The notes below the pieces were generated by a model. The model did not search any database, was not told where the DNA came from, and was given only the letters and a program-made list of their open reading frames with translations. From Psammoneis japonica (Eukaryota): a stretch of DNA of 64,000 nucleotides. The position numbers and the translations under genes are program-made. This document shows, in pieces, positions 1-11,697 of the stretch; position 1 is the stretch's first letter; each line of letters starts with the position of its first letter. Location of the stretch: NCBI GenBank assembly GCA_008632985.1, contig QPGO01000051.1, positions 1 to 64,000 on the forward strand. Direction: 5' to 3'.

Positions 1-2689
1 ATTGAATCAATCATCGATCTATTTCATTGGTTGTTCAAACTGTAAGTGAAGACTTTAAGAGCCTACAATGAGAAGTGTGAGGGACACAATGAGGGGCAGC
101 AGAAGCATGCAGGAAGTGAGCAGGCATCGCGAAGTCTGCATGTAACACCGGCATCGTCTTACCATGTGTGTCCCGGGTCTCGCACAGACGCCCCATCGCG
201 GTTGATCCATCTGTCAATGATCACATGCATTGATCACATTGCTCACATCACAACATTGCAAACTGCACAATGGTCGATTGTTGTCAGTGTGACGTTGGCA
301 TCTTTCAGCAACATTTGCACAGCAGCACCGCACCAAAGTGCTCCCATCAAGGATGTCGTGTTCCAGGAGCTCCAGGTGGGACCTGGCAAAGCAGCACCTC
401 TGCTCTCAGCACAGAAGAGAGTTGGCTGTGTGTCATCTGGTCAGCGGGGCATCTCTTGAAGTTGCACGGGTGGTGTGAAGAAACAAGAGTGTGCACTCAA
501 TGAGCGCTGGAAACTGTCTGGGAAGCTTGGAGAGTGTTGAGATCTCGGCTCCTCCAGATGACGAAGCAGGCATCGAAGTGGATGCTGGAGTCTGGGCATC
601 AACTTTGAAGGGGGCAGTGTCAACAAGGCCCCAGCTGTCGCACCTCAGTTGGGTTCCTGGGCAGAAATGGAGGTGGTTGGCACCAACGGTGATGATGACA
701 GCATCTTTTTTGGCATTGAAAGCTGTGGCCATTGCTTTCAAAAGTGACTGTTGTGTCTCAGACATTGCCCGTGGCTTCTCTGGGCATGGGCTTAGAGAAA
801 GCAGCTTGATCTGTGAAGGGTCCAATGCGTTTCAGGTCTACGGCAGTGTTTGCCTGTGGCTTGATGACCTTGTCAATGAGCCAATGGTGCAAAATTGTGC
901 TGGCATTGTTGTGGAGACAGGGTGGTGCAAATCCATCTGGTGTGGCTGATGATGTGCCCAGGATGGCATCAGAGTGCATGCCATTCGGGCAAGCATGTGC
1001 ATCTTTGCATGCAGAGTTGAGGCTAAATTCAAAGAATGATGACATCTTTGTCTCAAATCAACAGCTTTGGTTGACTTGTTGGTCATGGCAGTGTGGTGCA
1101 AAAAATGCTGTGCAGAGCTCTGGTGTGTGCTCTGCAATGCCCTGTTGGCTGGAGCCACAGACAGTGGGAAAATTGGCAAGACGGAGGCAGTCATGTGGTG
1201 TTTTCTCAATGAAAAAAAAAGGAGCTCTGCAGCTGGCACAAACTTTGCTTTGCACTGGCACTTCAATGAGGAATGGCATGGTGACGAACAGACAGAGGGT
1301 CTGTCAGCACAATTCAATGCACACTGGGACAAAGATGATGACACGGTGCTGGTCAGAAAGAAAGCGAGCGGAAGCAAGAGAGGTCTGATGAGACCTTCTG
1401 CAATCTGTGTGTCCTTGTGTCTGTCCATTGGGTGTGTGACTGATGTGCATCACTGGCACACACTGCTCATGACTCAGTGGGCTGACAGGCAGGAAGATGA
1501 TGGCACAAAAGAAAAGCTTTTTTTCGACTTTGTTCTTGATGACAACAGCTGGCCACTGTGCCTTTTCCATGAGTTTGCATTTCACGGTTTCCTGCCTGGT
1601 GTCTTCTTTGAGAAGGTGACCAGCAAGCACTTTTGGTCTGCCTGAGTTTGCTCTCATTGCATTCTCAGATCATGAGCTTGTGTCACATCACCACTCAAAC
1701 ACAAACTGCCAGGGCAAGCACCCAGCTGGTTTGTGGCTTGCCTGTCACCCAAGTCAAGTGCTGGCAACATGGCAACAACACCAAGAAGCCTTGAAAAGGT
1801 CTAAAAACAAGTTGTCCAGGGACGAAGTGCAGCGTGATTGCATCAAATCTTTGGGCAGTGCTGCTGGTTTCTGAAGGGTGAAAGAGATTGGCATTTTGTC
1901 AATGATTGAAGATGACAACTCTGCAGGTTTGCACGATGAACTCAAGGCCAGTTTGCAACAACCAACGTTGAAAGGTCAACCTCAATCTGCGCCCCGTGCA
2001 ATCGCAGATCATCTTTGCACTCTTTGCCAGTGCAGTGCCATTTTGTTGGACTCTTGAGGGACAATGACAAGCTGTCGAACTTGTGACATTGGAAGATCCA
2101 ACAACATCATGTTTGTTGTGCCATCAAGGGCAAGTCCTCTTGCTGTCTGATGCGCTGGCGCTTCTTCTTTTCCGTTGCTTTGCTCCAATGGTGTGCTTTT
2201 CTTTTCCTTGAACACTTGTTGGCAATTGCAGGCAACAACACATTGCAGCTCTCAAGACTCTCTCCCTGCTTGCCATTCTGGCAGCCCCAACTCAGGCATG
2301 TCCAGCTTCATTTCACATTTTTGGTTCTTGTGAATTGGAGGAAAGCGAGCATCTCCAGTTTTTGGATTGACCCCCTTTTGCCACATGCAAAAAAGAAACT
2401 GCCATGTGGGAGCCGGGGAAGTGGCTGCATGTAGAAGCTCACCTTCAAGGTCAATTTTTGTCACAAGAAGGCCTGTGTTTGTGGAACATGCAATGGACTC
2501 AGTCACTTGATGGACACCAACTTCAATGAACGTTGGCTTTTTGACTTGATGGAGGGCAAGGAATTGAGCGTTGCCCAGGAAAATGGTGCCCCAGTCAACT
2601 CCAACAGAAGCAGGCTTCATTGACAGCATCACGATGGGCTCAATGTGGGTGAGATTCCTTGCAATCAAAAAGATGCTGTGAGCTTTTCC

Positions 2690-3300
2690 TGGAACCTTTT
2701 AACAAGGATGCCAAAATTGCTTGCAGCTGGTGGTGATCCGGGACTCTGGACCATCAACAATTTCCTCAGTGAGGAAGAGGTGGACAGGATGACAGAGTTG
2801 ATGCATGGGGTTGGTTGTGATCAAGGCATGTTTGGTCCATGTGCTGTCAGTGACCGAATCCCCAGTTCATGTTCATTGTGAGAGCAACACCAAGGTGTGC
2901 TTCAAGATCTCTCTGGAGAGCATTTGTGAAGGTCCTTGCCAGTTCTCCACTTGCAAACACGAGCCAGACCCCCAAAGATGCAACCTCAGTGGCCGAAATC
3001 AGGGCTGGGTTCAAGAGCTTGTGGTGAACTGAAGTTGAACTTGAAGAACACCTGCGACTCCAGCATGCTTTGAAAGGCAGTCCTCCTGCATCTGCCTTCA
3101 CAGCAATGACAACCAAGCTATCTTGCTGGTGTGCTCTGTCTCTCAGATGGTGACACACTGCTCTTCTTTCCAAATCTTGACATTTTGATCATCCCCAAGA
3201 AAGGGACAGCGGCAATGTTCCTCAGTTTGTGCAAGGATGGAAGTTGCAACCCCTGGCCAACCACTCAGATCAGGCCCATTCAGAAAGTGCTGGAGACTGC
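2690..3300 (+). pseudogene. Decayed prolyl 4-hydroxylase-like (2OG-Fe(II) oxygenase) remnant
   Basis: Fragments in different frames: LWTINNFLSEEEVDRM (cf. P4H 'hnFLSxeEcdxL') and DGDTLLFFPNLDILIIPKKGTAAMFLSLCKDG (cf. 'GGETxFP...vkPkkGdAlxF'). Confidence 0.55.
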
Positions 3301-4932
3301 ACCATGGCACTTTTTTTCTGTAAAGAAGAAGTCCTCGGAAGTGTGGTCTTGTTGGAGGTGGAAGTGCAGGAGAAAGTGCGAAGATCACTGTGGTTTGGTT
3401 CAGCATCACCGGCTGCATTGCCTGCAACAGCTGCATCACTCCCCGAGCTGTTTTTTGGCAGAACACCATGGTCAAGAAAAGGCTGCTGCCATGAAAACAA
3501 TGGGGTTGGCATGCCCAACATTCATGTGGGCAATCATTTGGCATGTTGACTCTTGGAGAACAGGAGATCTTGAAATGGCTTGCAAAACTTTGAGTCCAAT
3601 GACAAAGCATGTCCACCAGAACCAAAGCATGAAGAAACAATGAGATTTTGATGTGGAGAGGGGTCACAGTGGGCCCAGCATCTGCTCAGAGAAGTTGAGA
3701 TGATGGGGGGTGGACAAGGTTTGTTCCAAAGAACACAACTGGACAAAATTTGCAATTTCAACCTTTGGTCTCATGCTTTGTGTTGGAAATTGGTGCTGTG
3801 TTAAAAGCAGGCAGGAAATGCACACTGGCCACCTTCATTTGAGCAATGTGTCAAATGGCTTTTTTCTGTCTTAAGGTCCAACAATGTTGCCAAAAGCTGA
3901 CATGCTCACAACATGTGCAAGCATGAGAAGATGGAAAGCAAGACTCAGCAAGCCATTTTTCCAGCTTGAGTCACAGCCACCTTGGCAGCATCTCTGTCAC
4001 AGCAACCTTGGCCAAGGGCTCCAAGCTCCAAAGTGACAGCAACATGGAGCAAGCACTCCACAGAACCTGCAAATCATCCAGCTCCACAAGAATCAGAGTT
4101 GACAACAAGCACACATGCACTTGCTGCACAAACTGCTTTGCTGGTGAACAAAGCCAAGCTTCAGACTGCCACCCAGGAGCTCAAGTTTGTGGCTGCAGAT
4201 GTTGAGCCAACCAGCACTGCACTGGTGTGTTGGAAAAAATGAGGGCATTGTCAAAGTGCCAGCTGCAGCAAAAAACAAAATTGCCATGCTCCAGATTGTT
4301 GTCTTGCAGCAGCTGGCAAGGAGAAATTGGAATTTTGCATTGTGCACACAAGTCACTTTCTGAAGTGAGTGCTTGCATTGACTGCCATGGCCAGTCTCTT
4401 TCCAGAAAGAATGAAAAGTGCTCTGGAGCAAAATGAGAAAAAAGGAAGCTTGCTTCTCAAGTTGTGAACCTTGCTGAGTTGCAACTTGACAGCACCACCA
4501 CCTTGACCAACCAAAGCCAAGAGCAGGAGATTGGCAAAACAAAGAGCAACAGATCTGACACCTCAATGATGCTCTGGCACAAGAAGTGCAAGTTTCAAAT
4601 TAAACTCTGAGCATTGATCTCAGTCAGTTGTGGCTGCACAAAGTGCAGCTGCCAGTCATGTCAACCAATTGAATGAGCAGATTTGAGACTTCAGAGAGGA
4701 GAAAAGGAGCTGCAGGTGTGTGTGCAATGGGGGGTGCTGTTCTTTAGATTGAGTCATGGGGTGGTCTTTTCCAATCACAGTGCACCAGCATTGATGGTTT
4801 GCTGCACCACAATCCCATGGATGCATGAAGTGAGGTGCAGCACATTGCCACACTTGCATCTTTCCAACGTTGTCACATCCGCCGCACATGTTTGGGTGTT
4901 GATGGGAGCTGATGTGCAGACGTGTGCACAAC

Positions 4933-5185
4933 ACATGCATGACTTTGCATGTTTGAGCACCGTCATTCAGACAGCATTGTTGCCCTTTTTGTTGTGCACA
5001 AACAGGGCACATTTTCAAAGAATGTTGCAAACTTTTTGATGGCATTGTCTGGTGTCAACACATTGAACATGCATGACTTTGCATGTTTGAGCACCATCAT
5101 TCAGACAGCATTGTTGCCCTTTTTGTTGTGCACAAACAGGGCACATTTCCAAAGAATGTTGCAAACTTTTTGATGGCATTGTCTG
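4933..5185. repeat. Two-copy direct tandem repeat, period 134 bp
   Basis: acatgcatgactttgcatgtttgagcacc...tgatggcattgtctg at 4933-5051 and 5067-5185, about two mismatches. Confidence 0.95.
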
Positions 5186-5501
5186 TCATTCTGCACAACA
5201 AGTGTGGCACAGCAGCACACTGTCTTGATGCCAATTGGTGATCAGGGAATCACATCCTGGCATCAAACACAATCTCAACCAACCAGCCATGATGAATCCA
5301 GCAATGGCAGCATTGGAAATCACACCCAGTGGGTGCAGACAACTCCATGCTGTGACACCCAGTGCCAGGGGGAGATTCAAGAAATCTGGACGAAACCTCT
5401 GCCTCCAAGCGCGCGTTGCCTGATCGTACCGTACGCACTGTAGACCTCTAGATGCCCTCTTTTCGACTTCTTCAGTTCCCGGAACTATGACGTGACACGC
5501 A

Positions 5502-8500
5502 ATGCCATCAGAGACCAAATATAACGTTATGGACCTTCCTAATATCGATCATCTTGTAGTGGGCCGGGAGAAAGAGCTGGGACGTTTAAGGCAGTTGTTC
5601 CAAGGGGTTGCCGGTGATGAGGAGGGTGCATCATGTCAGACCCGTCTCTGCCTAGTCCATGGCCTGGGCGGCAGTGGCAAGACAAGTCTTTGTGAACGAG
5701 CGGCCGAGGAATCACCCCTCCACGCTTTTTCTTTCAGGCAAATTCGATCAATTTCAAGACCACGCATCGACGCCGTACAAAGTGATTGTCGATGCGTTCA
5801 ATCCGCTAGTCCCACTTTTGGAACGAAGAGGAGATGCGAAAACCCTGAAACACCTGCGTGGCATTTTACAGAATTCAGAGGCGAGTATCTTATTGCGATT
5901 AGTTCCTTCCTTTGTCGGTTTGGTTACGGAAAATTCAAACGTTTCATCCAAAGAAGCCGAGAATACGAGTACGAGCCATAGTCATCGATCGTCGTTAAAT
6001 CTTGCCTCGGAACGAATCATTGTAGGCTTTCAAACCCTCCTAAGGCGACTCTGTTCGAAGGATTGTCCACTGGTCCTGTTGATGGATGACTTGCAGGTCA
6101 GTTCGTGTATGACATGACGAATATTAATGGATTTTGGTTCTTGCTAACCGCCTGCTATTGTTGCAGTGGAGCGATGCAAATTCACATCGACTGCTCTCCG
6201 CAATCCTAAGCGACTCGGAACTGAAGAGTTTTATGCTGGTTGGATGCTACCGGGATGAAAATAACAGGGAATTTGAACTATTGAGAGTTGATAATAACGA
6301 TCAAAGTGGAGAGATGCTGGTGGATATTGCAGTGGGCCCACTTTCCCTACTTGGAGTCCAAGAAATGGTCGAGCGCATGCTTCGAAACAATGACATGGTC
6401 GACTTGTCGGAATTGATCCATCGCAAGACCCATGGTAATCCCTACTTTGTCATTCAGTTCGTCAAAATGCTTTGCTCTCAGAAACTGGTCAAGTACAACT
6501 TTGGTATGAATCGATGGGAGGTATCGTCTTCTTTAGAAGAAATTTCAGCCAGAACGGACGTGTCAGACAATGTGGTTGGCGTATTGACTGCTCGTATCAA
6601 AAGTCTGGACCCAAATGTCCAACACGTGTTGACAGTTGCCTCATTTATTGGATACCAGTTTGAGTTGCCCCTGCTATGAGACCTGCTTTTAGATGGGGTC
6701 GGACAGGACGAGCAACACCAGGATGTAAAAGAGACAGCCTCGACTCAAAACGAGCAATTCGATCTACGGGATGAGATGGACGTTGCCGCCAGCGAAGGCC
6801 TCATTGAGTCAACTGATGGGCATACCTACAAATTCAGTCATGATCGCATCCAGGAAGCGCTGTACGACATGATTCCGGCGGAATCACCGCGGAGTAAGCT
6901 CCATTATGAGATTGGCATGAAAGTTTGGAATCGATACAAGGACACCAATCCATCCTACGTCTTCTTGGTTGCCCGCCAGCTCAATCGAGGTACAGCCATC
7001 ATGAAAGACTCGAACGACCGACTCTTTCTAGTCGAAATAAATTACAATGCGGCTTTGTTGGCGAGACAGCGGGCGGGCGTTGAAACGGTGTCGCTTCTTC
7101 TTAGGAGCGCCGCCAAGGCTGTAGATACCGGTTTGTGGGAGAGCAAGTACGAGCTGCTTATTGATCTCTACAGCCTTGCAGCGGAAGTTGCTAGCAACCG
7201 AGGCGATTTCGAAACCATGGAGGCCAGCATCAAAGTGGTCGAGGACCATGCTAAAACAAAGCGGGATTTGGTCCGAGTGTGGATGGCTCGAACCTTGGCA
7301 CATGGAGTGACGCGTGAGTTTGCAAGGGGAATCCGAGAAGAACGAAAGATTCTGCAGGTTTTGGGTGAACCACTGCCACGAGTATCCACCATTAGCTTTC
7401 TGTCGGAGCTGCAGAAAACCAAAAAGGTTCTCAAGGGCAAGACTGATGAGGACCTACTTGGAATCAAGACCATGGAATCCGATGACAGGAAAACCGTAAT
7501 GACAATCTTGCAGCAAGGGTCTGTTTTTGGGTGGAATAGCGATAGCACCTATGGAGCGATTTGTTACCTTCGGATGACCCGACTGACGGTTCAAGAAGGA
7601 TGGTGCGAAGTTACTCCCTATGCCTTTTCTGGCTACGCATTCATGCTAGCAGCTTTTGGTGAGACCAAGGAGGCATTTCGCTTCTCGCAGCTAGCGCTAC
7701 GCTCCTGTAGAGGAGAAGAAACGGAACCAGGAACTTGCATGATGGTCCATGGATTCGTGTCCCACTTTGAGTTACCAGCTGCGCAATCGCTGGATCCTTT
7801 ACTGAAAGGTTACCGTTCAGGCCTGGAAACGGGCGCAATGTTTTTTGGAACTATCTGCATGGCAGCCTACTCCAACTTTTACGTTTTTGCTGGCCTTCCA
7901 CTTGAATCGTTTGCCGGTGATATGCAGCAGTTTGCGCAGCAACTACATCTTTGCCGCCAAGAGCTATCCTTGGCGTTTCTTCTTCCTTGGTTGCAGCTTG
8001 CGTTGAACCTTACGGGAAAGAGCGAAGATGCTTTGGATATTTCAAGGAAATCCCTTTCCAACCTCGTCGGGTACACGGACAAAATGTTTTTGGACAAAGT
8101 CCGTGATACTTCAGTTATCGTGAAGGATTATGCACAAGCATACAATGCCTACCTACTCGATCAGGTGGATCTCGCCGAAAGAGCCATTGGTGTCGGTGGA
8201 CGAAGACTCCCTGGAACACAAATTTTGAACCTTCTCTTCATCTTCATTGATGGCATAACCGCCTTTGCCATTCTGAAGAAAAGACGATCATCTCTTGGCA
8301 AGCTCCTACGATTTTACAGGGTTGCAAGGGGGGCTGTCAGGAGTCTCAAAGATCTTACCAAGAAACGTTCGATCAACTCCTGTGGCATCTATGCATTGTT
8401 GTTAGCGGAGAAGGCGGCAGTCCGAATGTGGAACAAGAGGCAAGAATCATCGAAAGATGACGCCGTGAAAAAGCTGTATGACAATGCCATTTCTCAGCTG

Positions 8501-8779
8501 ACCCGCAGTGGATTCATTCACTTTTCCGCAATCGCCAATGAATTGGCCGGGACATGGATGCTTCATCGAGAGGATGTAGCACGGGCGGAGAACTATCTTT
8601 CTCGAGCAGCCGAGTGCTATGCCGAATGGGGAGCTGTAGTCAAAATCGATCAGCTACTATCCAAGTACGGTAATGTTGTTAGGTTTGAAAAGAGCAAAGC
8701 GTCGCTGTTGGAAGATGTTTATGCTCAGTCGTCGCTTCGTGGGCGTGCACAGTACGATGCGTCTATCGATAAGAAGTAA
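5502..8779 (+). pseudogene. STAND/AAA_16-type P-loop ATPase with C-terminal helical region (COG3899-like); interrupted as assembled
   Basis: VGREKEL, Walker A GLGGSGKTSL, SGKFDQ, DDLQW (across intron 6097-6166), KTHGNPYF, YKFSHDRIQEALY, YAEWGA. Frameshift near 5710-5720 and an in-frame TGA at 6677-6679 (ORFs 6134 and 6776 share a frame). Confidence 0.75.
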
Positions 8780-9989
8780 CTTGCATTATTCATTCATCGG
8801 GAAGACGCCCGTTGCGTTTGTTGCAGCGGAGGATTCGACGTGGTGCAGCTTCGCAGGTCAAAGGATTGGTGCCGACAGCATGATTTGAATCAAACTGAAT
8901 CCCCAACGGATGGTTTGACTGTTTTAATGGTGTTTGAGGCGCCATCATCAAGTCCAGTTGGGTCGTATTGCTGTCGGAAAAACAGGAGTACGCGGAGACC
9001 GCTACGCAAAGCATTGTGCATCAATATCTTCTCGGCGAAGGTCACCTCCTGTAAGGCTCAAATCAGAATGGTCCATCAATGCACGGAAAGCTCGTGAAGG
9101 ATTGGAGCTTTGTTGTCACAAGCACAGCTTCGCCACGAAGCCAACTTCTTAAGAAAAGAGGCTCCCCATTTCTTCCTCAGTGTATCATTTGAGATGGCTT
9201 TGATTCGTTCGTGGTTGGTTCATTCCGCGGTATGACTCGGACAGCATTGTTGACCAAGGGATATCGCATTTGTTTGCGTCTGCGTCTGCGTCTTGCGTGG
9301 CCTCTTATAAGCTTGCAGAGTGTTGCCTGATCTAACGTTGCGACGACTTGTACGAGAAGAATCGCCCGCGCGTTCTCCGACTGAGCTAAAGCTGCGCCTA
9401 AAGGTGCAGCAACTGCTCTTCTTGCCTTCGACACCACATTGACCTGGTTCAGATTTTACGAATGAGGATACTTTTTAAACTCTTGTCCATCGAAAACATG
9501 GGAAATCGAAGAAGAGACTGCGCGGTTGGAAGACACCGGAGCAACGCGATCATACTGAAAATGAAGAGTTGCAATTTCATTGCCTATTTTATGCTTCTTG
9601 CTCGTCTTTGGATGGGTGGGTGCTATATGCTTGTACGATGCTACATTCATGTAGAGACCGCATCACAGACCAACGTGGCGCCTTACTTTACCAATCGTCA
9701 TCGTCAGTTTTCATTGCAGCCGGTAATATCACGAGGATCCCAACAAAGACGGCAATGCACCAGAGCAGGCACACGCAGAGGTAAATGCACTTTTGCTTGT
9801 CGGTGCAAGTCACAATGTGAGCTCCCGGCACCCATCCCTCCCCCGCTCTATTCAATTCTTCAATGGTCGGTGGCCTGCTCATTCTAAAAAAGTATGGTTT
9901 TGGATGCGGCGACTTGTCGATGACAACACAGCTGATGAGATGACTGTAAAGGCAGCCAGCAGAGATGGCAACAAGGATGTTTGTAAAAT

Positions 9990-10121
9990 ATGAATGGGAT
10001 GCACGAAGAAGAAACCGAAAGTGTGTCGATGCAGATGACACACGAATGGCATGCACGAAAAAGAAACCGAACGTGGGTTGATCAAGATGACACACGAATG
10101 GGATGCACGAATCAATCATCA
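9990..10121 (+). repeat. Short degenerate tandem repeat (gaatgg(g/c)atgcacgaa x3), possibly an ankyrin-like remnant
   Basis: Three EW(D/H)AR-encoding units at irregular spacing of roughly 50-65 bp; the ankyrin reading is tentative. Confidence 0.5.
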
Positions 10122-10533
10122 TCTTTGCCGGTAGTGGCAACTTAGCTACAACTAATCTCTAAGCTAGAGCTCTCTCTACTAGAGTAGAGCTTTACTCTAG
10201 AGTAAATAGTAGTAGAGAGAACATATTACTTGTAGCAGCTTGTTAGTACCGGCACCGTAACACCGAAGGTTAGACTGAAGACGCGCAGACAGATTGACAT
10301 AATTTTATTCAACCCTTTTAACATGACCGACGGTATAAGTATTTATCTGAGTCGCGCGTCGTCAAGCCGATCTTTCGCGCAAAAAACGCGCGAAATCCTC
10401 GCAACAGAATTCTTCTCACAAAACAGAACGAATCGTCAGCCAGCAGCTTCTCACTTTTCGTGTGGAAGCAAAAAGAAACAGGCATGATTGGAGTTGACAA
10501 GCTGTTGATTTGTTTCTCTATTGACCCATCGTC

Positions 10534-11532
10534 ATGGAAAACAAGTCGATAATTCCGTTACGTCAGCCTCCGACAAGGAGAGTGACAATCACTCGTCACA
10601 TCACTGCGGCGGCAGCACATTCGAATCATCATCATGCTCGTCATGCTGGTATTGATGCATACAAGAGAAACATTATGGCTGGAAGCATGGCTGGAGTAAC
10701 ATCCACGAGTTTGTTTTATCCATTGGATGTGCTTCGTACCAAAATGCAGTCTTCTGGTAAAAAACGTACGCCGCTACGAGAATTCTTTACCAAGACGATT
10801 CGACGTGGCGGCGGTCTCCAAGTGTTGTACACAGGCCTGTCTCTACCACTGTCGGCACAGGCCGTGTACAAGGCGACCCTCTTTACAGTCAATGGTGCTT
10901 CCAAGACGCATCTGTTGGAATACAAGCGACAAGTGCATGGCAAGGACTATCGATTATCACTGCAAGACGAATTCATGTGCGGAGCTCTGGGTGGTGCCGT
11001 GAATGCTGCGCTCTTTGTCACGCCCGTGGAGTTTGTTCGCAACCAGCTAATTGCTGAGCAACAACGTACTGTATCATCTGGTCCGATTCAGGTGGTCAAA
11101 CGTACGCTCTACGAGCAAGGAATTGCGGGTTTGTGGCGTGGAGCCGCCGTTACCGTCACGCGCGATGCGTTGGGATGGGGCTTTTCCTTTTATGTCTATC
11201 ATTCGTGCCGTGCCCATCTTGAATCAAAATACAGGGATGCGGTGGATCCAAATGCAATCACAATAGTTTCGGGTGCCATTACGGGTATTAGTTTCTGGTT
11301 GGTAGCCTTGCCCTTGGATACAGCCAAGACGTTGGTTCAGAATGGATCTGCTCCGTCGGCAAGGGTTGCCCTTCAAGAATCGTTGCGTGCCAGGGGTCCG
11401 TGGAGAACCATGCTTCGGTTCTGTCGAGGATGGCAGTTTGCGTTTGGGAAAGGAGCACCCGCTGCTGCAGTGACTTTGAGTACATTTGACGTTTGTTCTC
11501 GGACGATTTCAGAATATAGATGGATAGAGTAG
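10534..11532 (+). CDS. Mitochondrial carrier family (SLC25) protein
   Basis: Three PX[D/E]XX[K/R] signatures: YPLDVLRTKMQ, TPVEFVRNQL, LPLDTAKTLVQ; intronless 332 aa ORF. Confidence 0.92.
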   Translation: MENKSIIPLRQPPTRRVTITRHITAAAAHSNHHHARHAGIDAYKRNIMAGSMAGVTSTSLFYPLDVLRTKMQSSGKKRTPLREFFTKTIRRGGGLQVLYTGLSLPLSAQAVYKATLFTVNGASKTHLLEYKRQVHGKDYRLSLQDEFMCGALGGAVNAALFVTPVEFVRNQLIAEQQRTVSSGPIQVVKRTLYEQGIAGLWRGAAVTVTRDALGWGFSFYVYHSCRAHLESKYRDAVDPNAITIVSGAITGISFWLVALPLDTAKTLVQNGSAPSARVALQESLRARGPWRTMLRFCRGWQFAFGKGAPAAAVTLSTFDVCSRTISEYRWIE

Positions 11533-11697
11533 TTGACAGTAGAAATGAATGGTTCGTATGATGTTTGTGGATACGTTTGTGCGTATGTTTCAGTTTACCA
11601 GTGAAGCAGCAAGTCGTTTTCACAGCCGTCCATTATAATTGTATTGATTCAATTTAACATAGCATCCATGCAAGCCTTCCACTGAAACCTCCAACTG

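Larger units (their letters stand above)
200..5385. other. TpA/CpG-depleted hypermutated domain 1
   Basis: Almost no TA and few CG; TG/CA excess; ORFs in all frames lack Tyr. Normal composition returns abruptly at ~5390-5450 (gcgcgttgcc tgatcgtacc gtacgcactg tagacctcta). Boundaries approximate. Confidence 0.9.

Noticed and set aside
200..5385. Cys/His-rich ORFs as novel metal-binding proteins or an alternative genetic code
   Set aside because: The bias occurs in all six frames and in non-coding repeats, so it is a DNA-level effect; neighbouring genes use the standard code.
6677..6679. Selenocysteine or read-through TGA
   Set aside because: No redox motif context and no SECIS recognised; a nonsense change or error is more likely.
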